A stretch of DNA of 64,000 nucleotides from an uncultured bacterium (GTDB lineage Bacteria > Hydrothermota > UBA3072), in contig CAYQMH010000002.1 in the NCBI GenBank assembly GCA_964418485.1, forward strand, positions 5,687 to 69,686, in the 5' to 3' direction. Every line of letters begins with the position of its first letter. The first letter of the stretch is position 1. The position numbers and the translations under genes were made by a program. Under the pieces are notes generated by a model. The model was not told the DNA's origin. It saw only the letters and a list, made by a program, of their open reading frames with translations, and made no database searches. This document shows, in pieces, positions 1 through 9,209 of the stretch.

Positions 1-73
1 AACCCATCTCACTACCCAAAAACTATTAAACCACAGAGAGTGCAGAGATTTTTTTCTTCTATTTAACAATGAT

Positions 74-478
74 TTAAAAATAATGTTTTAAAAAATCAGC
101 CGGGTTTAAAATTTTTATTTTTCGGAATTCGGTAATATCCAGTAGGTGAGTATCCCCAGAGATAATAAAATCAGCGTCTGCCGCAACCGCGCATTCGAGG
201 AATTTGTTATCCTCAAGATCTTTCTTGATTATATTATATTTCATTTCAGGACTTACAAAATTCGCTATCGAATCGAGAGAAGAAACTATATAATGCAAAG
301 TCTCATCGGGAATACCGAATTTTTCACGTTTTAAAACGCCCTCAAATTCGCTGATAATTTCTTTGGTGATATATAATTCTATTTTACCTTCGATTACAAG
401 TTCGAGGCATTTTCTGGGATGACCACCAAATAAGATGGCGGAGATTAAAACATTAGTGTCAAAAACAACGTTGAACAA
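74..478 (-). CDS. PIN-domain toxin (VapC-like) of a type II toxin-antitoxin pair
   Basis: N-terminal 'FDTNVLISA' acidic start and 'ISGDTHLL' motif are typical of the PIN_3 family. It sits immediately downstream of a small RHH gene. Confidence 0.6.
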   Translation of the reverse strand: MFNVVFDTNVLISAILFGGHPRKCLELVIEGKIELYITKEIISEFEGVLKREKFGIPDETLHYIVSSLDSIANFVSPEMKYNIIKKDLEDNKFLECAVAADADFIISGDTHLLDITEFRKIKILNPADFLKHYF

Positions 479-482
479 ATTA

Positions 483-740
483 CTACTCTTTTTTGAGGTT
501 ACTCTTTCTATAGGCTTCTATTTCTTTCTTTAAATCCTCTTCGGAGAAACCCTTCTCTACTTTTAGAATATCTCCGTAAGAAAAGATATTCCTCCATCGC
601 TCCTTTCTCTCGATGTAAATTCTCGCCGCTTCACGTACCAGTTCGGAACGGGAACGAGATTCCTCTTTAGCTATGTCATCAATTCTCTTCAGTAAATCCT
701 TTTTAAATGAAATATTTACAGCTTGACTCTTCAATTTCAC
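483..740 (-). CDS. ribbon-helix-helix (CopG-like) antitoxin
   Basis: 85 aa. The 'RSELVREAARIYI' RHH-like segment and its position directly upstream of the PIN gene, separated by 4 nt, support the call. Confidence 0.5.
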   Translation of the reverse strand: MKLKSQAVNISFKKDLLKRIDDIAKEESRSRSELVREAARIYIERKERWRNIFSYGDILKVEKGFSEEDLKKEIEAYRKSNLKKE

Positions 741-872
741 CTCCTATATACATTTTATGTATTAATATTATATATAATATTTGTATGATGTCAAGGGTTG
801 ATTGGCTGCTAAGATACGAAGACGCAAAGACTTTTTTGCTTTTTCGGAGGTGGTCAGAGTCTATATTTTCTT

Positions 873-1214
873 TTAAAGATCGAGAAGGATTTTTAGTCGA
901 TCTTCTACTTTACTTAGTGTATTATTAAAGACTTCTCCGATTGGTTTCTCTAACCTTATTTTTGATATAGAACGGATGTCTTCGCACTTTATGTAACTTT
1001 CATTATTGAGATTTCCCTCAGGTGGATTTACTCTGACGTGAAAGGGTATTCCTCTATATTTGCTTGTAATGGGTAAAACTACGACAAGATCAGCTGGTCC
1101 ATGATTGAAGGCATCTACTGAAATAACCAGAGCGGGTCTTATCCCCGCCTGTTCATGTCCCCTTGTGGGATTTAAATTGACAAGCCAAATTTCTCCTCTT
1201 GATGGACTCTTCAC
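873..1214 (-). CDS. mazF: MazF/PemK family endoribonuclease toxin
   Basis: 'GEIWLVNLNPTRGHEQAGIRPALVIS' is the classic PemK/MazF N-terminus. Length is 113 aa. Confidence 0.75.
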   Translation of the reverse strand: MKSPSRGEIWLVNLNPTRGHEQAGIRPALVISVDAFNHGPADLVVVLPITSKYRGIPFHVRVNPPEGNLNNESYIKCEDIRSISKIRLEKPIGEVFNNTLSKVEDRLKILLDL

Positions 1215-1216
1215 AG

Positions 1217-1462
1217 CTATTTCTCCAATCCGTCAGAGAGAGTATTATCCCATAGCTTCCTTTCCTCAAGTTCATCCTTCCACTCATCAGGTTTTTCCTT
1301 TAGACGAGCATAGGCTTTGTTTGTTTCTGATAGCAACACTTCTTTCCTGTATTTCTCTACTGCCCTGTTTAAAACCTCAGTCATACTGACTCCTAATTTT
1401 TCGGATAGACCTTTCACTACTTTTCTTTCTTCTTCACTTATTCTTACTGTTACGCTCTTCAT
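1217..1462 (-). CDS. MazE-like antitoxin (RHH)
   Basis: 81 aa. 'VTVRISEEE...' RHH-like start. It lies 2 nt upstream of mazF in the same orientation. Confidence 0.5.
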   Translation of the reverse strand: MKSVTVRISEEERKVVKGLSEKLGVSMTEVLNRAVEKYRKEVLLSETNKAYARLKEKPDEWKDELEERKLWDNTLSDGLEK

Positions 1463-1664
1463 GATAACCTCCTATACATATTTATATACAAAAATATATA
1501 CAATATTGTGTATAAGTCAAGTGCCGGTTTAGCTACGAATCAAATTCTCGCACAAAGCACACAAAGTTTTTTCTTTATTCTAACTTCCAACTTCCAACTC
1601 CTAACTTCCTTATTAGCTACAAATAGCACGAATAATTTATTATGTGTTCTTGTTAGGAGGAATA

Positions 1665-1868
1665 ATGAAAACTCTGGCCGAGAAATTTTTAATAGATGAA
1701 AAAGGAAAAAAAGTAGGTGTATTACTTAGCTTTACCGAGTATAAGAAACTTCTCGATGAACTGGAAGAGCTTGAATCGCTTTATGCCTATGATAGGGCGA
1801 AAGCTTCGAAAGAAGAAGTAATTCCTTTCGAACAAGCTATAAAGGAAATAGAAGAAAACAGGGAATGA
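1665..1868 (+). CDS. Phd/YefM-like antitoxin, apparently orphan
   Basis: 'KVGVLLSFTEYKKLLDELEELESLYAYDRAK' matches the short Phd/YefM antitoxin architecture. AGGAGG lies 6 nt upstream of the ATG at 1665. The stop overlaps ATGA with an 11-codon ORF where a toxin would be expected. Confidence 0.5.
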   Translation: MKTLAEKFLIDEKGKKVGVLLSFTEYKKLLDELEELESLYAYDRAKASKEEVIPFEQAIKEIEENRE

Positions 1869-2133
1869 ATTATTCCCTCCTGAGAATTATTTTCACATAA
1901 AGCACGCAAAGGACTTAAAGTTACACCGCGTAATTTTTTATTTTGTTTATTTCCCCCCGTTCAAATTACACAGATTTGTCCCGGATGAAAATAGGGCGGA
2001 ATATAGGCTTTTTCACATGTAGAAAAAATAGGTTTTATGATGTCGTTATTACGATTTTTAGGCTTGACTTTTTAAATATTTTTATTACTATTGTACTAAA
2101 TCAATATAGTAAATTGAAAGTTGAGGTTTCAAT

Positions 2134-3315
2134 ATGCAAGGTAAATATTTAGATAGAAAATTGCATAAAGATATTGTAGATTATTTAGGAGCTTTTCCTG
2201 TTGTGGCGATTCTTGGGGCGAGGCAGGTAGGAAAATCTACTCTCGCGAAGATGATTTCGTTAGAGTTTAACAATTATCTTTATCTTGATTTAGAAAAGCC
2301 TTCGGATTTTAGGAAGCTTTCCGAGCCGGAGATTTTTTTTGAAGCTCACAGTGATAAACTTATTTGTCTTGATGAGATTCAACGAATTCCTGATCTTTTT
2401 TCTGTTTTGAGGGGTGTGGTTGACCGGAATGACCGGAACGGGCAATTTTTAATTCTTGGTTCGGCTTCGCGCGATTTGATAAGGCAAAGTTCCGAAACGC
2501 TCGCGGGCAGAATAATTTATTTGGAACTTACTCCGTTTCTTTTTTCGGAAGTCGAGAGCGTTGATGGTAAAAAGGGAGAGTTGCTTCGTAAATACTGGCT
2601 AAGAGGTGGTTTTCCCAGAAGTTTTCTTGCTGAAGATGAGAAATTTTCTTTTGTGTGGAGAGAGAATTTTATTAGTACATTTCTTGAAAGAGATATCCCT
2701 CAGCTCAATTTTAGTATACCTGCGGAAACTCTCCATAGATTGTGGAAAATGTGCGCTCATAATCATGGGCAGCTTTTAAATTCTTCTAAATTAGGAGAGG
2801 CAATCGGCGTGAGTCATACGACGATCAGGTCATATATAGATATTCTATCGCAAACTTTTATGCTCAGGGTTTTGTTTCCGCTGGAAGCTAATGTGAAAAA
2901 ACGACTTATTAAGTCGCCTAAAGTATATATAAGGGATTGCGGAATTCTTCATGCTTTGCTTGAAATAGAAACTTTTGATGATTTGTTGGGGCATCCGGTT
3001 TATGGTTTATCGTGGGAAGGTATGGCGATGGAGAATATTATAACCGAGTTATCGGATTGGAATTTCGCGTTTTATAGGACATCAGCCGGGGCTGAAATGG
3101 ATCTTGTAATGATGAAAGGGAGAAAGTGGGTTGGAGTAGAGTTTAAGGCTTCGGTTTCTCCTCAGGTTTCCAGAGGATTTTGGAACGCGATTGACGATCT
3201 TAAATTAGGAGAAGTATGGATAATTTCTCCGGTTGAAGAACAGTATGCGATAAAAGAGGGAGTAAAGGTATCTCCGTTAGGTCATTTTATTTCCGCGATA
3301 AAGAAAAGGGTGTAG
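2134..3315 (+). CDS. AAA+ ATPase, DUF4143 family
   Basis: Walker A 'GARQVGKST', a Walker B-like 'LCLDEIQ', and a C-terminal DUF4143-like region. Confidence 0.7.
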   Translation: MQGKYLDRKLHKDIVDYLGAFPVVAILGARQVGKSTLAKMISLEFNNYLYLDLEKPSDFRKLSEPEIFFEAHSDKLICLDEIQRIPDLFSVLRGVVDRNDRNGQFLILGSASRDLIRQSSETLAGRIIYLELTPFLFSEVESVDGKKGELLRKYWLRGGFPRSFLAEDEKFSFVWRENFISTFLERDIPQLNFSIPAETLHRLWKMCAHNHGQLLNSSKLGEAIGVSHTTIRSYIDILSQTFMLRVLFPLEANVKKRLIKSPKVYIRDCGILHALLEIETFDDLLGHPVYGLSWEGMAMENIITELSDWNFAFYRTSAGAEMDLVMMKGRKWVGVEFKASVSPQVSRGFWNAIDDLKLGEVWIISPVEEQYAIKEGVKVSPLGHFISAIKKRV

Positions 3316-3338
3316 GACGAAAACTCCCAAATTAATTT

Positions 3339-3513
3339 CACGCAGAAACACAGACGACACGGAAAAAATGTTTTATTTAACCACGAAATATACGAAAAAC
3401 ACTAAACTTTTTATTACATTTTTTATAAAACCCAACTCATCCCAAAGATAGGAACAACAAATAACACGAATAGCACAAATGAATTGGGACGTAGATAAAC
3501 GCAGATATGCAGG
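3339..3513 (-). repeat. dispersed mosaic intergenic repeat, copy X1
   Basis: Roughly 85% identical in reverse complement to 7855-8010. Sub-modules recur at 53455-53580, 8993-9046, 54286-54412 and 62486-62550. Confidence 0.8.
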
Positions 3514-3584
3514 ATTTTTTGATTGTCGTTTTTCGTAAAGCCTTATGCCGAAGACCGAAATTGTAATCTTGCCCGAAAGTAAAC

Positions 3585-3623
3585 CGGCTCAGAATCCTAA
3601 AAAGGAATCCTGAGCCGATTTTT
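3585..3623 (+). terminator. putative rho-independent terminator
   Basis: 8-bp stem cggctcag/ctgagccg followed by ATTTTT. Confidence 0.4.
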
Positions 3624-3659
3624 AACTGCTAATTACCTTCTCTTTTTTTTGTTTTTTTT

Positions 3660-3914
3660 GACTCAGGACTCGCGGGCGTGTTGCCCAAAACCAATAGAAT
3701 AAAATAACACAGTTCACATTGTCATTGCGAACTCTTCTTCACGCCTTTCCACCGTGACGCAATCTCCACGTATAGCTTGCAATTAAGCCCTTTAATTTTA
3801 TCACAAGAGATTACTTCGCGAAAGTCGAGCAAGAGGACAAATTCGCAAAGACATTACTTTGGATAGCGAAAAGCCTTTCGGCAACACGCCCTCGCGACTC
3901 ACGACTCCTGACTC
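3660..3914. other. GC-richer ~190-nt segment bounded by a 12-bp perfect inverted repeat plus GACTC heptamer words
   Basis: gggcgtgttgcc (3674-3685) and ggcaacacgccc (3880-3891) form the inverted repeat. Flanking words are gactcaggactc and gactcacgactcctgactc. No ORF of 60 aa or more lies inside. Confidence 0.4.
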
Positions 3915-3917
3915 TTT

Positions 3918-6050
3918 TCATTTAAGTAATATCATCTTACGTTTTTTCTCAAAATCACCTGCTTTGAAAGTGTAGAAGTATATTCCCCGGGGAGCTTGTG
4001 TTCCCACGCTTGTTTTGCCATCCCAGCTAACCTGTTTATATCCTGCGGATTGTTTGGCATTAACCAGTGTTTGTATTCTCTGCCCGATTAAGTTATAAAT
4101 ATCGAGTTGTACAGCTACATCTTTCGGTAATCCGTATTTGATTATTGTGCTTGTCGCAAAGGGGTTGGGATAGTTCTGGGAACAGCTGAATACTTTCGGG
4201 ATACTGTCCGTTGGTTCATCTTTTTTAGGAGTTTTTATTTTTTTTGGTTTAGATCTTTTCATTGAACTCATACCCCCACCTCCGCCTCCATATAGTGGAT
4301 TAGTCGCCGCATAAAAATATCCGCCTTCTTCGACTCTAAATCCAGGTTTTAGACTGATTTTATTTCCTGCTTCCATTGCGACTTTACCTCCGTTTGAACC
4401 ATTGCCTTTTATCCTGAAATCATTTGCTGATATGGAATCCATTGCCTGGTAGGTTTTAGTTTCGTTTGTGTCGATCATTGTCATTGGTATGATTTGGTTA
4501 CCAGGTTTTAGTATGTGATTTTGTATTGTGTAGTAAGCGGGATAAGGATCATCATTGGGGTCTATCACTGAGGTGACATCAGGTAGACGCGATCTCAAGT
4601 ATTCGGGAGGTTTGTAAACTGTATATTCTATATTACCGAATCTTATTATTGGTGGATAGTATCTTTTATGTATGGTATTATCAGCGCAGAAAAAGAACAC
4701 TTTGAGATTATTTAAGAAATCCGGGGTATTTATGACACTATCTAATAGTCCCTCGTATCTTGTAGCCTGACTATCTGGGTTATGTGCTCGTCCTATTTCT
4801 TCAGCCCAGCAGTCGAATACTGTTAAGGTATCGTCAATCGCTAAAGCTGTAACTGTGTCTTTATACATAAGAGGTCCGCCGTTGTATATTATTATATCAT
4901 GCGCATTCTGCTTTCTATTATAAAGAACTACTGTATCTTCAATTTTTAAAAAAGTATCGATTCTTATTATATCTGGCTCCTTCCAAGCCCACATTGCCCA
5001 AACAGTATCCCAAAAAACTTCTCCACTATCACAGGAGTAAGTAACGCAACTTGTATTAGTCTTAATATAATCTTTTCTGCCTCTTTCTGCTCTGACAGGA
5101 TCGGCATTCTGAATGCCGGTCTCAGTAATCCATATAGGTTTGCCTTTTCCGCCGGTATTTGCTTTTAATATTGAATCTAATTCTCTTGTGTATTTCATAA
5201 AATTAGGTGTATTATTGTATATATGATGAGAGACAACATCTATACTGTCTAAACCAATGGATTCGATAAGATCTTTTACGGCCTCTTCCCAGTTAACATA
5301 TTCTTTTGTATCAAATTTACCCTTAAATTCAAGTATAGTATCACCAACTGGCTCCTCGTAATTTGTTGTATCGTAGTACTTCCACTCAAAAGTTCCTTCA
5401 TCACTTGTCATACATAGACCAACAATTTTGGCTGTGGAATCCGCAGATTTTAATGCCGTCCATGTATAATCATACATTTCGACATACTGATCGGGAGTAC
5501 CCAGGAAATAGCCTCCATAAGGTTCATTTGAGAATTGCCAGTATTTTATTGGTGTAAGATTTTCTAAGCCTGGCATATCATTTATCCCATCTCCATCATA
5601 TCTTTCGACAAGTGTGTCTACATAATCTTGATAATCGTCCCAATGATCAGGATCAGGAGGATAACGATATCTATTTTCCCAGCTTAAAGGCTCCGCTTCG
5701 GGATGACTGGCCCAGCCTGCTGTGTAACCTATTGAAGGAAGTAAATGTAAGCCCCTCTCTCCACACCATTTTACAAGGGAATCTTCAGTCTCAAAATCCC
5801 ATTTATCTTCATCCCAGTTATCTGGTTGAACATTACACCATCTGAAAGCGTATTGCGCTCTCCACCATTTTATCCCGGCCTGAGCGCACAAATTCATCGT
5901 TGTTTTGTACTTTTGTTGATATTCTCCATTTTTAGTGAGAGTGTCGTGGTATTCGTAGACAGTACGATTCATTCCAAAAGGAAATAGTTCATCGCCACTG
6001 AAAAGCGAAAGACTAAAAGAAAAGATTATAAGTATAATAAAATTTTTCAT
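3918..6050 (-). CDS. secreted clan GH-A glycoside hydrolase with T9SS C-terminal sorting domain
   Basis: Signal peptide, 'WQFSNEPYG' (NEP acid/base) and 'IWITETG' (nucleophile) motifs, a poly-Gly/Lys-rich linker, and a C-terminal about 80 aa typical of the Por secretion tail. Confidence 0.6.
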   Translation of the reverse strand: MKNFIILIIFSFSLSLFSGDELFPFGMNRTVYEYHDTLTKNGEYQQKYKTTMNLCAQAGIKWWRAQYAFRWCNVQPDNWDEDKWDFETEDSLVKWCGERGLHLLPSIGYTAGWASHPEAEPLSWENRYRYPPDPDHWDDYQDYVDTLVERYDGDGINDMPGLENLTPIKYWQFSNEPYGGYFLGTPDQYVEMYDYTWTALKSADSTAKIVGLCMTSDEGTFEWKYYDTTNYEEPVGDTILEFKGKFDTKEYVNWEEAVKDLIESIGLDSIDVVSHHIYNNTPNFMKYTRELDSILKANTGGKGKPIWITETGIQNADPVRAERGRKDYIKTNTSCVTYSCDSGEVFWDTVWAMWAWKEPDIIRIDTFLKIEDTVVLYNRKQNAHDIIIYNGGPLMYKDTVTALAIDDTLTVFDCWAEEIGRAHNPDSQATRYEGLLDSVINTPDFLNNLKVFFFCADNTIHKRYYPPIIRFGNIEYTVYKPPEYLRSRLPDVTSVIDPNDDPYPAYYTIQNHILKPGNQIIPMTMIDTNETKTYQAMDSISANDFRIKGNGSNGGKVAMEAGNKISLKPGFRVEEGGYFYAATNPLYGGGGGGMSSMKRSKPKKIKTPKKDEPTDSIPKVFSCSQNYPNPFATSTIIKYGLPKDVAVQLDIYNLIGQRIQTLVNAKQSAGYKQVSWDGKTSVGTQAPRGIYFYTFKAGDFEKKRKMILLK

Positions 6051-6085
6051 AATTCCTCACTTGGATATATAAAGATTACCATCTT

Positions 6086-7381
6086 TTAATTTTCTAACGC
6101 GGATATCCTTTTTTCCAAACTTCCATTAGCTTTCCTTAGCTCCTCGTTTTCTTTCTTTAAACCAATAACATAGAGTGTCAATTCTTCAATCTTTTCCAGA
6201 AGTTTTGCCTGCATTTCACCAACTTTTATCCCGCTTTTGAGTACTACTTCTTCTTTTGGGATACCCGGCAGACTTTTGTTGCTTTTGATATGTTTTTCGA
6301 GTTTATCAAGAGGCATTAATTTATAATTGTCCGCGAATACAAAATCAGACCAGTTACTTTCTACGGTTATTTCCTTTGTTCTTATGTGACCGTTAACGGC
6401 AAGTTTGTAATTACCGGGATTAATCGTCCCGATGCCAACATTGCCAGAAATCTTTTGGACAAATAAACCCTTTTCTCCGTCGTTATCATTCCCTCGAATC
6501 AAAACTCCTTGTGCTCCAGCAATAATTCCATACTTATTATCTGTGTTCCTTAAATAAAGTTTCGGATAACAATCTGAGTCTTCAGTATTAATAATTAAAC
6601 GTGCATCGGCATCTGTTCGGTAAATTTGTACATCTCCGCCTTCTACTTCTAATTTTTCATCAGGATCATCCGTTCCGATTCCGACATTGCCTGTTATTAC
6701 AGAATTTCCTTGGACGTGTAATTGTTCCGTAGGATCATCCGTCCCGATACCGACACGACCTGACGGGTCCACAGTAATGGCAAGTCGGTCGAATCCTCCT
6801 CCAATCCCATAAAATTTTAGACCACCATAACCAGCCTGATATCCTTGTATTGATGCGCTTCCAAAGTACATTCTATTATTAAGAGGAATTTTTATATCGC
6901 CGTTCACTTCCAGTTTCTTTTCGGGATCCGTCGTCCCGATGCCGACTTTGCCTGTTATTATAGAATTTCCCGCAACGTGTAATTGTTCCGTAGGATCATC
7001 CGTTCCGATACCTACATTGCCGGAAAAATAACCTTTTCCAACGAAATAACCACCATATCCATTTGAATTTTCACTTTTTCCAAAAAGAGCCATGCCGTTA
7101 CTTGTTTTTACTCTTCCATATACGCCAATTGAATTATCTTCATAGTAAGAATCGGTTTTAGTGTTATAACCGTAAATGGCAGATCGATTCTCCTCCTCCG
7201 TTGGTCCAGCTGCGCTCCATTGTACATGCAATTTGCTGTTTGGATTCGTTACTCCGACACCGACCTTATCCGAACTTGTTGTTAATCTTACTTTAGAACC
7301 ATCGTCAGTCCAGCCGTTCTCTCCATAACTGACCATACTAACCAACAACAATACGAGTACTACAACACTTAATTTTTTCAT
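6086..7381 (-). CDS. secreted tail-fibre-like repeat protein with C-terminal S74 intramolecular-chaperone-like domain
   Basis: Signal peptide, duplicated 'GIGTDDPTEQLHV.GNS.ITG.VGIGT.DP..KLEV' units, and a C-terminal coiled-coil 'GIKVGEMQAKLLEKIEEL...' resembling the endosialidase chaperone domain. Confidence 0.5.
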   Translation of the reverse strand: MKKLSVVVLVLLLVSMVSYGENGWTDDGSKVRLTTSSDKVGVGVTNPNSKLHVQWSAAGPTEEENRSAIYGYNTKTDSYYEDNSIGVYGRVKTSNGMALFGKSENSNGYGGYFVGKGYFSGNVGIGTDDPTEQLHVAGNSIITGKVGIGTTDPEKKLEVNGDIKIPLNNRMYFGSASIQGYQAGYGGLKFYGIGGGFDRLAITVDPSGRVGIGTDDPTEQLHVQGNSVITGNVGIGTDDPDEKLEVEGGDVQIYRTDADARLIINTEDSDCYPKLYLRNTDNKYGIIAGAQGVLIRGNDNDGEKGLFVQKISGNVGIGTINPGNYKLAVNGHIRTKEITVESNWSDFVFADNYKLMPLDKLEKHIKSNKSLPGIPKEEVVLKSGIKVGEMQAKLLEKIEELTLYVIGLKKENEELRKANGSLEKRISALEN

Positions 7382-7555
7382 ACTTTTCCTCCTTTTTTGT
7401 TTTGAGTATTAATTTAACCTAACAACAATAGTCTTTTTTTAGTATAAGAAAAATAGAGTATAATGTCAATATAAAAATTTTTGTTATATAAAAAGCCGAT
7501 ATTTGTGGATGGTAGTTTACTCAAGGTTGTGAATAATTTAGTCATAAGTCATTGG

Positions 7556-7663
7556 AGGCTGTGCCAAAACCCTCTTTTTCGCAATTTGCAGAAAACTAAG
7601 TTCTTGTTTTTCAAAGGCTTATTTTTTAGAAATCCGTTAAATTTGGACTTTTGGCACAGCCTC
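7556..7663 (+). repeat. ~109-bp long-hairpin element, copy A (MITE-like or sRNA)
   Basis: Terminal inverted repeats GAGGCTGTGCCAAAA...TTTTGGCACAGCCTC. About 85% identical to 9054-9162. Confidence 0.75.
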
Positions 7664-7854
7664 ATTGGTCGCTAGTCACTGGTCAAAAACAACAAAAGAA
7701 TCCGTGTTTATCCGTGTAAATCCATGGCAATATAATAGATTCTTCGAATCCAAGTTGAATTGTTGAATAGGAAAATAGTTGAATTATTTCCCATTTCCCA
7801 TTTTTCAATTTTTCTAATTCGTTTGTGGGGGTGGGTTTTAAACAGTAAAAATAT

Positions 7855-8010
7855 CCTGTTAATCTGTGTTCATCTGCGTCCCAATTCATTTGTGCTATTC
7901 GTGAGATTTGTTGTTCCTATCTTTGGGATGGGTTGGGTTTTTAAAAAACATAATAAAAAGTTTAGTGTATTTAGTGGTTAAATAGATTGGTTTTTTCGCT
8001 CTGTGGTTAA
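7855..8010 (+). repeat. dispersed mosaic intergenic repeat, copy X2
   Basis: Reverse complement of 3339-3513 at about 85% identity. Confidence 0.8.
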
Positions 8011-8039
8011 ACAATGGTAGTAGTTTGAATATAGTATTC

Positions 8040-8067
8040 TTGACATTGTAATATATTTAGTTATTTT
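8040..8067 (+). promoter_or_regulatory. putative sigma-70 promoter giving a near-leaderless MNT mRNA
   Basis: TTGACA, 16 nt, TATTTT, with the ATG 8 nt downstream. Confidence 0.35.
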
Positions 8068-8075
8068 GTAATTAA

Positions 8076-8417
8076 ATGGATAAACATTTAGATTACTTAA
8101 ATAAAAAGGAAAAAGAAACAGTAAACTCTTTCATTGAAGATTTGAGGAGAGAATTAGGAGATTATATAATTAAAGTGCGGCTTTTTGGGTCTAAAGTCCG
8201 GGGTGATTTTGAGGAGTATTCGGATATAGATATATTTATCCTCGTCAAAGACAAAAAAGATATACGGGATAAAATAAGTGATATAGCTGCTGAATATTTC
8301 TTTAGATACGAGATTCCTATCTCGCCTGTGGTTTATAGTTTATCAGAATATCAGAAGAATAAGGAATTGGGTTCGTTTTTCTTTGAAGAGATAGAAAAAG
8401 AAGGAATTCTTTTGTGA
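8076..8417 (+). CDS. minimal nucleotidyltransferase (MNT) antitoxin
   Basis: 'LFGSKVRGDFEEYSDIDIFILV' is the GS...D.D nucleotidyltransferase motif. It overlaps the downstream HEPN gene by 4 nt. Confidence 0.7.
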   Translation: MDKHLDYLNKKEKETVNSFIEDLRRELGDYIIKVRLFGSKVRGDFEEYSDIDIFILVKDKKDIRDKISDIAAEYFFRYEIPISPVVYSLSEYQKNKELGSFFFEEIEKEGILL

Positions 8418-8818
8418 GTCGAAAAGCCTTAGCTGATTATAGAATCGAAAGAGCGAAGGAAATATTGGTAGAAGCAAAAGATACTCTTAAACAGAAGCAC
8501 TATAAACTTTCTGTTAACAGAAGTTACTACGCAATGTTTACTGCAGCAAAAGCTTTACTTGCATTAAAAGAAAAAGATTCCTCAAAACGTTCCGGGGTCA
8601 TTTCTTTATTTAGCAGGTATATCATTAAAAACGATTTATTTCCTAAAAAACTTAGTAAATATTTGCCAAAAGCCAAAGATTTAAGAGAAGACGCTGATTA
8701 CGTTGATTTTATAAATATTACTAAAGATGACGCGATTTTGCAGTTGGAAAGAGCTGCAGAATTTATTGAAGAAGCTGAAAGAACTCTTTCGAAAATGATT
8801 AATAAGCCGGAAAAGTAA
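8414..8818 (+). CDS. HEPN-domain protein, partner of the MNT
   Basis: Position and size match the HEPN partner of MNT pairs, with 'LREDADY' in the expected place for the R-x4-6-H-like motif. Confidence 0.6.
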   Translation: MSRKALADYRIERAKEILVEAKDTLKQKHYKLSVNRSYYAMFTAAKALLALKEKDSSKRSGVISLFSRYIIKNDLFPKKLSKYLPKAKDLREDADYVDFINITKDDAILQLERAAEFIEEAERTLSKMINKPEK

Positions 8819-9053
8819 AGTAATAGGTCGGTCGAAGGATCGCCGATGGCTTAAGGCAGGCAAAAAAGAAAAAATTCGTGCTATTCGTGTAATTCCATTT
8901 GAAGTAAATAAAATATCAAAAAGTAAAAAGCAAAATGACAGATAAAAATTTAAAATAATACCTTGCCCTACCGCACATAACTAAAAAATATTTGTGTGAT
9001 TTGTGCTATTTGTTGTTCCTGTCTTTGAGATGGGTTGGGTTTAGCGGAAAGCG

Positions 9054-9162
9054 GAGGCTGTGCCAAAACCCCCTTTTTTGCAAATCGCAGAAAATTAAGT
9101 TATTGCTTTTCAAAAACTTATTTTTTGCAAATTCGTTAATTTTGGACTTTTGTCACAGCCTC
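9054..9162 (+). repeat. ~109-bp long-hairpin element, copy B
   Basis: Same terminal inverted repeats as copy A, with one mismatch, and in the same orientation. Confidence 0.75.
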
Positions 9163-9209
9163 AGCGGTCAGCGGATAGCCGATTATCTTTGTGTTTTTTG
9201 TTTGGGGTG

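Noticed and set aside
1508-1699. 63-aa ORF across the 1510-1640 intergenic region
   Set aside because: It overlaps heptamer-word repeat DNA ((AACTTCC)n and CACAAAG words) and has a low-complexity translation. The real gene is the Phd-like ORF starting at 1665.
7481-7675. ORFs 7481-7675 and 8992-9213 (64 and 73 aa) with similar peptide sequences
   Set aside because: They are translations of the two copies of the ~109-bp hairpin element. The similarity comes from the DNA repeat, and neither has an RBS or a coding signature.
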